This document shows, piece by piece, positions 25,221-35,890 of a DNA stretch of 37,439 bases; positions within the stretch are counted from its first letter, which is position 1; each line of letters begins with the position of its first letter. The position numbers were made by a program, and so were the translations under genes. The stretch comes from Bilabrum cf. latius (Eukaryota), in NCBI GenBank assembly GCA_965178125.1, contig OZ237772.1:558001-595439 (forward strand). Reading direction: 5' to 3'. The notes below the pieces were generated by a model. It searched no databases. It was not told the DNA's origin and saw nothing but the letters and a program-made list of their open reading frames with translations.

Positions 25221-27502
25221 GAAACCTACTCGGGGGAGGTTTCAAAACCTACCCAGGGCGGTTTCAAAACCTACCCAGGGCGGTTTCAAAACCTACCCAG
25301 GGCGGTTTCAAAACCTACCCAGGGCGGTTTCAAAACCTACCCAGGGCGGTTTCAAAACCTACCCAGGGCGGTTTCAAAACCTACCCAGGGCGGTTTCAAA
25401 ACCTACCCAGGGCGGTTTCAAAACCTACCCAGGGCGGTTTCAAAACCTACCCAGGGCGGTTTCAAAACCTACCCAGGGCGGTTTCAAAACCTACCCAGGG
25501 CGGTTTCAAAACCTACCCAGGGCGGTTTCAAAACCTACCCAGGGCGGTTTCAAAACCTACCCAGGGCGGTTTCAAAACCTACCCAGGGCGGTTTCAAAAC
25601 CTACCCAGGGCGGTTTCAAAACCTACCCAGGGCGGTTTCAAAACCTACCCAGGGCGGTTTCAAAACCTACCCAGGGCGGTTTCAAAACCTACCCAGGGCG
25701 GTTTCAAAACCTACCCAGGGCGGTTTCAAAACCTACCCAGGGCGGTTTCAAAACCTACCCAGGGCGGTTTCAAAACCTACCCAGGGCGGTTTCAAAACCT
25801 ACCCAGGGCGGTTTCAAAACCTACCCAGGGCGGTTTCAAAACCTACCCAGGGCGGTTTCAAAACCTACCCAGGGCGGTTTCAAAACCTACCCAGGGCGGT
25901 TTCAAAACCTACCCAGGGCGGTTTCAAAACCTACCCAGGGCGGTTTCAAAACCTACCCAGGGCGGTTTCAAAACCTACCCAGGGCGGTTTCAAAACCTAC
26001 CCAGGGCGGTTTCAAAACCTACCCAGGGCGGTTTCAAAACCTACCCAGGGCGGTTTCAAAACCTACCCAGGGCGGTTTCAAAACCTACCCAGGGCGGTTT
26101 CAAAACCTACCCAGGGCGGTTTCGAAACCTACCCAGGGCGGTTTCAAAACCTACCCAGGGCGGTTTCAAAACCTACCCAGGGCGGTTTCAAAACCTACCC
26201 AGGGCGGTTTCAAAACCTACCCAGGGCGGTTTCAAAACCTACCCAGGGCGGTTTCAAAACCTACCCAGGGCGGTTTCAAAACCTACCCAGGGCGGTTTCA
26301 AAACCTACCCAGGGCGGTTTCAAAACCTACCCAGGGCGGTTTCAAAACCTACCCAGGGCGGTTTCAAAACCTACCCAGGGCGGTTTCAAAACCTACCCAG
26401 GGCGGTTTCAAAACCTACCCAGGGCGGTTTCAAAACCTACCCAGGGCGGTTTCAAAACCTACCCAGGGCGGTTTCAAAACCTACCCAGGGCGGTTTCAAA
26501 ACCTACCCAGGGCGGTTTCAAAACCTACCCAGGGCGGTTTCAAAACCTACCCAGGGCGGTTTCAAAACCTACCCAGGGAGGTTTCAAAACCTACCCAGGG
26601 AGGTTTCAAAACCTACCCAGGGCGGTTTCAAAACCTACCCAGGGCGGTTTCAAAACCTACCCAGGGCGGTTTCAAAACCTACCCAGGGCGGTTTCAAAAC
26701 CTACCCAGGGCGGTTTCAAAACCTACCCAGGGCGGTTTCAAAACCTACCCAGGGCGGTTTCAAAACCTACCCAGGGCGGTTTCAAAACCTACCCAGGGCG
26801 GTTTCAAAACCTACCCAGGGCGGTTTCAAAACCTACCCAGGGCGGTTTCAAAACCTACCCAGGGCGGTTTCAAAACCTACCCAGGGAGGTTTCAAAACCT
26901 ACCCAGGGCGGTTTCAAAACCTACCCAGGGCGGTTTCAAAACCTACCCAGGGCGGTTTCAAAACCTACCCAGGGCGGTTTCAAAACCTACCCAGGGAGGT
27001 TTCAAAACCTACCCAGGGAGGTTTCAAAACCTACCCAGGGAGGTTTCAAAACCTACCCAGGGAGGTTTCAAAACCTACCCAGGGAGGTTTCAAAACCTAC
27101 CCAGGGAGGTTTCAAAACCTACCCAGGGCGGTTTCAAAACCTACCCAGGGCGGTTTCAAAACCTACCCAGGGCGGTTTCAAAACCTACCCAGGGCGGTTT
27201 CAAAACCTACCCAGGGCGGTTTCAAAACCTACCCAGGGCGGTTTCAAAACCTACCCAGGGCGGTTTCAAAACCTACCCAGGGCGGTTTCAAAACCTACCC
27301 AGGGAGGTTTCAAAACCTACCCAGGGCGGTTTCAAAACCTACCCAGGGAGGTTTCAAAACCTACCCAGGGAGGTTTCAAAACCTACCCAGGGAGGTTTCA
27401 AAACCTACCCAGGGAGGTTTCAAAACCTACCCAGGGAGGTTTCAAAACCTACCCAGGGAGGTTTCAAAACCTACCCAGGGAGGTTTGAAACCTACCCTAG
27501 GT
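25221..27502. repeat. 22-bp minisatellite GGTTTCAAAACCTACCCAGGG(C/A), about 100 copies
   Basis: 22-bp period with no spacers. Confidence 0.98.
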
Positions 27503-27763
27503 GTGGGTTTGGGAATCCAGTGGTTATTGACCGATATTCAATGTTGTGGCTCGTTCTACGTAGCCATATGTATGCGTTAACCTCCTTGGTCGATACATCG
27601 CTTTGACATCAGGTATTCGTTGGCTTATAGTCAAGACTAAATAGATTGCGTCCTGGCTCCTACTATCCCGTCCTAACGGGTCACTGGCTGGCACTCTGGC
27701 AAGCTCCTCTCACAAGCTGGCCCAGCTGCCACTGACCTCAATTGGTATCCGCCTGGCTGCTTT

Positions 27764-29299
27764 TCACTCGTTATCGGAGGAGGGTTCCGCATCGACAGCT
27801 GCCAGGAGCGCCTCAACAGCGTCCACGTCTGCTGCATTGAGATCTCCTTCCGCCGTCTTCTCGAGGGCCGTCATCAGGCCTACGAGCGTGCCCAACCCGT
27901 CGTCCCTCTCTTGAATTGTTTCCTGCACGTCCTCGAGCATGTCGTCGAGAGTTCGGCTGACGCCCAGCGCTATGTCATCGCAGGCAGCGAGGATGCGGTC
28001 CACCAGGTGCCGCTGCTAGTCGGTGAAGCCGTTGTCATCCACTCCACCGTCGTTCTCAGAGTCGTCTTGCTGGTTCTGGGCCTCGTTCTCTTCTTCCTCA
28101 TCCAGCTCGTCCTGATCCTCCTCGTCCTGCTGCACGAGTTCTATCGGAGCCTCATCCTCGTCCTCTTCATCGGCTGCGTCTGCGTGGTATCGATCACCGA
28201 TCTCCTCTTCATCCTCCTCAGAGTCCTGTCGAGGCAGTGATGCTGCTGCTCCACTCCTTGCGCCTCTTGCTCCCCTCTTGTCCTGGCCAACGGCGTGGCG
28301 AGCTCCTCCGCCATAGCCCGGTTGGAGAATGGGCGATCGCTTGTGCTGTATCTTAGCCCGAGGTGCCGCTTCAGTCGCCTTCCTGCGCTCCGGTTCTGCC
28401 GGTTGCGCACCTTCATCCCTCGGCTTTCCCTTTGACTTTCCCTTTGACTTGCCCGCGGCCTTGGTCCTGGCCTTCAATTTGGCCTTTGCCTTTTCCCTGG
28501 CCTTGGCCTCCGCTCTCCGCTTGGGGCCGAGTAGGTCGTTGTTCAGTCGCTCGGTCTATGAGTCGCTGGACTCTGAGCCGTCTGAATCTTGCTCGCCTCG
28601 TTTCCTCTGGGCCTTGTAGGCACTGTGGTCCGCGACACCGTCGTCGGGGTCGTCCTCGTCGTCGTCGACCATGGCACTCCGTTTGTCCTTGCCAGCACGG
28701 GGTGCTCCACTCGGCGAAGCAGCAGCGGCTCCCGCAGAAGCATCTTGGTCCCCTGCGGCTGCCGCGGCAGAGTCCTTGACTGCCATGTCAAACACGTCTT
28801 GGAACACAGCCTGCATGCCTCCACGCGCACGCACAGAGGCTTTCCCAGCTCCGTAGTCGCAGACGAACTTGATCGCGGTCTTGTAGTTCCTCCGCAAGCC
28901 ATCCATGCCTGCCTTGAACCAAGGATTGTGGCTGGTAGAGTAGCCGCTGTCGCGCAGGCCCATGAGCATCTAATTCATCTTGCGGTAGCCTGGCGAGCTG
29001 GTGCCGCTAGTTGATGCAGCCGGATATAGGCGGTGACTCAGCACCTTCAGCATGTCAGGCGGCAGATCGGACTCATTCAGGTCCAGCATGGCATCCACGC
29101 AGGCTTTGATGCCCTCTTTCTTGGTCCCCTAGTAGTGCTCGGTAGACCCGCAGAGTAACCCGCAATCTTGGTGGAGGCCCACGAGGGAGATCAGCAGGAC
29201 TTGCTTGGCAGCAGACGTGCTGACGCCTGAAGCCAGGGCAGCCACGACGGGGCGGGAGGCCTTGGTGTGCTTGACGCTGTAGCTCTTTGCGGCGGCCAT
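27764..29299 (-). CDS. Element ORF1, 511 aa, unknown: globular N-terminus, Lys/Ala-rich and Asp/Glu-rich middle, helical/coiled-coil-like C-terminus
   Basis: Four same-frame track ORFs joined by TAGs at 29131, 28972, 28558 and 28018. ATG 29299 (MAAAKSYSVKHTKA), TGA 27766-27764. The C-terminal part is conserved in copies D1 and D2. Confidence 0.8.
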
Positions 29300-29517
29300 A
29301 GTACTCTGCGGTGCTGGGGGAACACGGGTAAGGCCACGAACAGGCGCTTGGATGCGGCAGCGAACACGGACATGAGACCCAGGGAGTCTCCAGGGCAAGC
29401 TCGAGGGCAAAGAAAAAGAAGGCCACGACCCCGCGCACTCGGTCTCAGACCCGGGACCCATGATGTTAGGTCGATCCCCCAGTCGTGGGGGGGCGGACCC
29501 CAGCCCAGAAAAAAATT

Positions 29518-29606
29518 AAAAAAGATCGCCCCAACGGGAATCGAACCTCGGGGGTAGGCCTGGGTGCGATTACCAACCGTACGCAATACCACTACACCAC
29601 CACAGC
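29518..29606 (-). ncRNA. tRNA-like Pol III unit (degenerate, anticodon-loop-like TTGGTAA); not a canonical tRNA
   Basis: A box TGGTGTAGTGG (29599-29589) at +8, B box GGTTCGATTCC (29547-29537), followed by T6 and T7 runs. Acceptor, D and T stems pair poorly. Confidence 0.6.
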
Positions 29607-30180
29607 AACCCACGCGAAACCGAAAAAAAAATACAGATTCGCATCAAAAGTGCACGCAACTTGCACTTGTCACGCCGAAACCTACCCGTTCACCCAACGA
29701 GCAGCGCGAAATCAGAAACACTCATATTGCGCTCCTTGTATTCAATTGCAGAGGCGCATACTTGGCATATAGCTACTATAGCATATTGTGCATACAACCC
29801 TAAAGCAAACGTGAGTCAAATCGATGGGGTATGCGTGGGGATTGCCTTGCGCAATGCGCTTGCTGCAACGTGGTTCAGACGTTTGGCTCAATTGCGCGAC
29901 GGCAAGCACTCGTTGGAACTAATCTCGCGCATATTATCAAATAATATAACATACTGCAAACAATTGCGCGGCGATATATAGGCTGCGCGCCCAATGCTCA
30001 CTTTGCTTGCGGCAGGTGTGCTGCGACAACATTTGTGGTGGCCCGGATCAGGTTGCGGAACCTGATGCGCGGCACCGCCGTGACGAGTGCGCCACCAGGG
30101 AACAACGCATCGTACCATCATACTAATCACATCCCAAGTATATTATATATCCTTGTGGCATCTCTGTCCGCAGTCTGGTC

Positions 30181-32436
30181 ATGGCGCAGTCCACGTACGA
30201 CGCCACCAAGCATGTGAAGGCTCTCGACTACCTTCGGGCCTTCCTGGACCGCCGCGCGAAGGGCTACGCTCAGAACCCGCATCGCGTGCGCATCGGAGTC
30301 CCAGGGCCACTTCAACCAGGAGGTGCCGCCCTGCCTGGCCCGCCGGCCGGCGAGGCGCAGGCCCAGATCCCGGCCCAGGTGGGGCCAGCGCCAGGCGGCC
30401 ATGCCGCCGGGGGGGGCGATGCGGCAGGCCTGCCGGCCCCCGCCCCAGCCATCGGCGAGCATGCTCCGGAGCCCCAGCACCAGCAGCAAGAGGGCGCCCA
30501 CCAACCACCACCTGGTGCAGCTCTTGCTGCTGGCCAGCAGGCGATGGCCGCCGCCCCGCCCCAGCACCCCGCTGGTCCGGGTGCCAACCTGCCGGTCCCA
30601 GGAGGCTTGCAGCCCGAGCCGCCAGCTGGCGATGCCGACGCCTTCCTCCCGATCCCGGAGCCCCAGCAGGAGCCTGCAGGTGGGCCAGCCGGCGTCGGTC
30701 CGGCCCCTCCAGCAGCCGAGCAGCAGCCAGCTGCCCAGGCTGCCCAGCACCAACTCGTCCCTGGGCCCGTGCCTCTCGCCGAGGTGCCCGTCCTGGCCGG
30801 GGTCGGCGCAGGGGAGGACGCGATGGAGGACGACGAGCCCCCAGAAGCGGTCCAGGCCATCTTCCTCGGGCGCCAAGCCGCCCACGCGGCCACCCAGGCA
30901 GCTCGGCAGGCCATGGTCTGGGATGCTCAGGGCCAGCAGCCGCTCTTCGGGGCAGAGGGAGGAGCGCCCGAGCTGCCCATCCCCGGAGTCGTGTTCGCTG
31001 CCGGTGCAGAGGCAGCCGGCGCCCAAGGCGGTGGCGCAGGCCCAGACGCCGGAGGGGAGGTCGGTGCGCCACCCGTGCAGGCGTGGAACCTGGTCGTCGG
31101 CGACCCGGGGGGAGCGCAGGGAGAGGAGGCCCTGGCCGTCAACCTCCCGCCCGAGTACCGGTTCGGCATGCACGAGGCGACGGACGACCTCGCGCAGCAC
31201 CCCATGCTGGCCTACCACATATGGGAGGTGGACGACGAGGCGGTGCAGGCCCTGCAGGGCCTGCTGACCTGCGTTGGCAGGCAGGAGCTGCCTCCCGAGG
31301 TGTGGAGGGCGCTCGCACCTCCAGTGATGGAGACGGTGACCATGCAAGGCATGCGGCGCTGGTGGGCGTACCAGAGGCGCGCCGTTGTCGTCGTGGACAG
31401 CCTCCTGCATGCCGAGACTGATGCTGCCGGCGTGGAGCAGCGCGCGCAGAGGCGCGGCCGCTTTCTCGTGCAGCTCGTTGGCTGGACTGACATCACCAAG
31501 ATGCTGGAGAGCGAAGACCTGAACGAGGAAGGGGCTGCCTTCATTCGGAGCAAGCTGGCTTCGGTGGCGGTCAGCTTCTGGCCGTCTCCGATGCTGGCGG
31601 AGCCCGGGCTGCACAGCCACAAGCTCTCTCCGCTCCGCACGGAGTGGGATCACTACATCGAGTACAACCGCGTGGACGAGACGGTCTTTGACGCGGTCGG
31701 GCTCTCCGAGCAGCCTCCAGCGTTCGTGTACGAGGACGAGGACGAGGACGAGATGGAGGAGGGGCCGGCGGCGCAGCCGGCTGGGGCGGAGGAGCATGCA
31801 GAGGGCGACGAAGATGCCGGGTATGAGGCTGGAGAAGGCGAGTGGGGTGGGGAAGGCCAGTGGGACTCGGACGGAGACCAAGGCGGCGACGAGGAAGCGG
31901 ATGGTGGAGATCCTGCCGCGGGGGCTTTCGGAGCTGCGGATGCCGAGCTGGAAGGCGAGCCTGAAGAGGAGCAGGAGGCCGCCCCGGATGTGCTGCGGAA
32001 CCCACCAGACGGCATGGCGGCCCCCGTGGCGGTCCGCTCTGAGCTCTCCGATGTCGACGCCATGGAGGTGGTCGGGATCCTAGCCGGCGCCGGAGCCTCC
32101 CAGGAGGTGCAGACCAGCCCGTTCATGCTGGTGCTTGGGGGGCCGGTGTCACGGCTCCTGCTGGACGAGCCGCTGGACCAAGCCTACGGCCTCATCGACG
32201 TGCTGATTGGAGCCGACTCGGCGACGCAGGATGGGGTCCTCTGCGGGCGCAGGGGTCTGCAGAGGGACGGGGGGCAGATCAGGGTGCAGTCGGCCACGCA
32301 GCAGCACCAGCGCACCGAGGTGGAGACGAGCGGCTCATCCAGGCCCCGGCTCGGCTACAGCATCGTCTTCAACCGGCACATCCCCACGTAGGAGCGGGAC
32401 AATCCCGGCACGCCGAGGACTCACGGCGCGTACTAC
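30181..32436 (+). CDS. Element ORF2, >750 aa, unknown, 3'-truncated by the telomere tract
   Basis: 736-codon GC3-rich ORF. Its apparent stop is TAG 32389-32391; read-through (ERDNPGTPRTHGAYY) runs into TTAGGG with no TAA/TGA. Confidence 0.75.
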
Positions 32437-32713
32437 TTAGGGTTAGGGTTAGGGTTAGGGGTTAGGGTTAGGGTTAGGGTTAGGGTTAGGGTTAGGGTTA
32501 GGGTTAGGGTTAGGGTTAGGGTTAGGGTTAGGGTTAGGGTTAGGGTTAGGGTTAGGGTTAGGGTTAGGGTTAGGGTTAGGGTTAGGGTTAGGGTTAGGGT
32601 TAGGGTTAGGGTTAGGGTTAGGGTTAGGGTTAGGGTTAGGGTTAGGGTTAGGGTTAGGGTTAGGGTTAGGGTTAGGGTTAGGGTTAGGGTTAGGGTTAGG
32701 GTTAGGGTTAGGG
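32437..32713 (+). repeat. Internal telomeric tract 5
   Basis: TTAGGG hexamers, one extra-G unit near the start. Confidence 0.99.
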
Positions 32714-32775
32714 TATCTAATATAAAGTCAGGGACAGGGTCGGGGAAAAAATATTTTCATCTTCACTTTTTGTCA

Positions 32776-33534
32776 AAAATATGCAACATAGGATCTCGGT
32801 AACCACAGGAGATATGAAGACCGTTGAAACTGCATTGGGACGGCCTAGGTGCACAACATTGGCCAAATGTTCCCCAGGTTCCGTTTCTGCCGCGCGGCGC
32901 CAATATGGGCCAATGAAGATTTGCATGCTGAAAATATGCAACATAGGATCTCGGCAACCACAGGAGATATGAAGACCGTTGAAACTGCATTGGGACGGCC
33001 TAGGTGCACAACATTGGCCAAATGTTCCCCAGGTTCCGTTTCTGCCGCGCGGCGCCAATATGGGCCAATGAAGATTTGCATGCTGAAAATATGCAACATA
33101 GGATCTCGGTAACCACAGGAGATATGAAGACCGTTGAAACTGCATTGGGACGGCCTAGGTGCACAACATTGGCCAAATGTTCCCCAGGTTCCGTTTCTGC
33201 CGCGCGGCGCCAATATGGGCCAATGAAGATTTGCATGCTGAAAATATGCAACATAGGATCTCGGCAACCACAGGAGATATGAAGACCGTTGAAACGGCAT
33301 TAGGACGGCCTAGGTGCACAACATTGGCCAAATGTTCCCCAGGTTCCGTTTCTGCCGCGCGGCGCCAATATGGGCCAATGAAGATTTGCATGCTGAAAAT
33401 ATGCAACATAGGATCTCGGCAACCACAGGAGATATGAAGACCGTTGAAACTGCATTGGGACGGCCTAGGTGCACAACATTGGCCAAATGTTCCCCAGGTT
33501 CCGTTTCTGCCGCGCGGCGCCAATATGGGCCAAT
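32776..33534. repeat. 155-bp satellite variant D, ~4.9 copies
   Basis: AAAATATGCAACATAGGATCTCGG recurs with a 155-bp period. Confidence 0.96.
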
Positions 33535-33802
33535 GGTGAAGTTGATGTCTACATGAATTGCGTTGTTTGTGTATTGAAAGTATTGGTGGAGATGGCATTG
33601 CATTTGATTTATGGATTGTTTTGATATGAGGTACTGATTGGCTTACAGTCAAGACGAAGGGTTGGGCTAACCGAAACCCTCATACTGCGTCCTAACGGGT
33701 CACTGGCCGACACATTGGCAAACCCCTCTCACAAGCTGGCCCAGCAGCCACTGATCTCATGTGCCATTCTTCTGGCTGGCTCTCACTTCGCCTGGCTGCT
33801 TT

Positions 33803-34111
33803 TCACTCGTCATCGGAGGAGGGTTCCGCACCGACAGCTGCCAGGAGCGCCTCCACAGCGTCCACGTCTGCCGCATTGAGATCTCCTTCCGCCGTCTTCT
33901 CGAGGGCCGTCATCAGGTCTGCGAGCATGCCCAATCCCTGGTCCCTCTCTTGAATTGTTTCCTGCACGTCCTCGACCATGTCGTCGAGAGTCCGGCTGAC
34001 GCCCAGCGCGGTGTCATCGCAGGCAGCGAGGATGCGGTCCACCAGGTGCCGCTGCTAGTCGGTGAAGCCATTGTCCTCCACTCCACCGTCGTTCTCAGAG
34101 TCGTCTTGCTG
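33803..34111 (-). pseudogene. 5'-truncated ORF1 fragment (last ~100 codons)
   Basis: QDDSENDGGVEDNGFTD*QRHLVDRILAACDD...EPSSDDE, homologous to ORF1 of element C. Confidence 0.85.
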
Positions 34112-34156
34112 TTAGGGTAGGGGTTAGGGGGGGGTAGGGGGTTTAGGTTAGGGTTA

Positions 34157-34187
<31 letters not shown>

Positions 34188-34801
34188 GGTTAGGGTTAGG
34201 GTTAGGGTTAGGGTTAGGGTTAGGGTTAGGGTTAGGGTTAGGGTTAGGGTTAGGGTTAGGGTTAGGGTTAGGGTTAGGGTTAGGGTTAGGGTTAGGGTTA
34301 GGGTTAGGGTTAGGGTTAGGGTTAGGGTTAGGGTTAGGGTTAGGGTTAGGGTTAGGGTTAGGGTTAGGGTTAGGGTTAGGGTTAGGGTTAGGGTTAGGGT
34401 TAGGGTTAGGGTTAGGGTTAGGGTTAGGGTTAGGGTTAGGGTTAGGGTTAGGGTTAGGGTTAGGGTTAGGGTTAGGGTTAGGGTTAGGGTTAGGGTTAGG
34501 GTTAGGGTTAGGGTTAGGGTTAGGGTTAGGGTTAGGGTTAGGGTTAGGGTTAGGGTTAGGGTTAGGGTTAGGGTTAGGGTTAGGGTTAGGGTTAGGGTTA
34601 GGGTTAGGGTTAGGGTTAGGGTTAGGGTTAGGGTTAGGGTTAGGGTTAGGGTTAGGGTTAGGGTTAGGGTTAGGGTTAGGGTTAGGGTTAGGGTTAGGGT
34701 TAGGGTTAGGGTTAGGGTTAGGGTTAGGGTTAGGGTTAGGGTTAGGGTTAGGGTTAGGGTTAGGGTTAGGGTTAGGGTTAGGGTTAGGGTTAGGGTTAGG
34801 G
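34112..34801 (+). repeat. Internal telomeric tract 6, highly irregular first ~55 bp
   Basis: Variant units (TAGGGG, long G run, TTTAGG, TTAGG), then perfect TTAGGG. Confidence 0.99.
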
Positions 34802-34863
34802 TATCTAATATAAAGTCAGGGACAGGGTCGGGGAAAAAATATTTTCATCTTCACTTTTTGTCA

Positions 34864-35622
34864 AAAATATGCAACATAGGATCTCGGTAACCACAGGAGA
34901 TATGAAGACCGTTGAAACTGCATTGGGACGGCCTAGGTGCACAACATTGGCCAAATGTTCCCCAGGTTCCGTTTCTGCCGCGCGGCGCCAATATGGGCCA
35001 ATGAAGATTTGCATGCTGAAAATATGCAACATAGGATCTCGGCAACCACAGGAGATATGAAGACCGTTGAAACTGCATTGGGACGGCCTAGGTGCACAAC
35101 ATTGGCCAAATGTTCCCCAGGTTCCGTTTCTGCCGCGCGGCGCCAATATGGGCCAATGAAGATTTGCATGCTGAAAATATGCAACATAGGATCTCGGCAA
35201 CCACAGGAGATATGAAGACCGTTGAAACTGCATTGGGACGGCCTAGGTGCACAACATTGGCCAAATGTTCCCCAGGTTCCGTTTCTGCCGCGCGGCGCCA
35301 ATATGGGCCAATGAAGATTTGCATGCTGAAAATATGCAACATAGGATCTCGGCAACCACAGGAGATATGAAGACCGTTGAAACTGCATTGGGACGGCCTA
35401 GGTGCACAACATTGGCCAAATGTTCCCCAGGTTCCGTTTCTGCCGCGCGGCGCCAATATGGGCCAATGAAGATTTGCATGCTGAAAATATGCAACATAGG
35501 ATCTCGGCAACCACAGGAGATATGAAGACCGTTGAAACTGCATTGGGACGGCCTAGGTGCACAACATTGGCCAAATGTTCCCCAGGTTCCGTTTCTGCCG
35601 CGCGGCGCCAATATGGGCCAAT
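34864..35622. repeat. 155-bp satellite variant D, ~4.9 copies
   Basis: Same unit as 32776-33534. Confidence 0.96.
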
Positions 35623-35890
35623 GGTGAAGTTGATGTCTACATGAATTGCGTTGTTTGTGTATTGAAAGTATTGGTGGAGATGGCATTGCATTTGATTTAT
35701 GGATTGTTTTGATATGAGGTACTGATTGGCTTACAGTCAAGACGAAGGGTTGGGCTAACCGAAACCCTCATACTGCGTCCTAACGGGTCACTGGCCGACA
35801 CATTGGCAAACCCCTCTCACAAGCTGGCCCAGCAGCCACTGATCTCATGTGCCATTCTTCTGGCTGGCTCTCACTTCGCCTGGCTGCTTT

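Larger units (their letters stand above)
23316..32436 (-). mobile_element. Telomere-inserted element C, longest copy (9.1 kb) of the B/C/D family
   Basis: Terminus TATCTATTATAAAGTCAGGGACAGGGTCGGGG, 155-bp array, 22-bp minisatellite, complete minus-strand ORF1, tRNA-like Pol III unit and a divergent plus-strand ORF2 running into the telomere. Confidence 0.8.
32714..34111 (-). mobile_element. Telomere-inserted element D1, truncated inside ORF1
   Basis: Conserved terminus, ~4.9 x 155-bp variant D, 3' flank homologous to 27620-27763, and the ORF1 C-terminal fragment. Confidence 0.8.

Noticed and set aside
25221-27502. CRISPR array, or the 771/849-aa ORFs as real proteins
   Set aside because: Head-to-tail 22-mers with no spacers in a eukaryotic context; the ORFs arise because the unit lacks stops and cycles through all frames.
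29518-29606. Suppressor tRNA(CUA) explaining TAG read-through
   Set aside because: The anticodon-like loop reads GGT; the CTA triplet lies in the variable region; the cloverleaf stems are degenerate.
30087-32126. Long overlapping ORFs in other frames (30087-31421 +, 30127-31881 -, etc.)
   Set aside because: Typical GC-rich shadows of ORF2 with Arg/Pro/Leu-biased composition.
23316-32436. Reverse transcriptase, endonuclease, transposase or helicase domain in element C
   Set aside because: No RT palm, GIY-YIG, DDE or Walker motif context was recognisable by eye in ORF1 or ORF2, so element class is inferred from architecture only.
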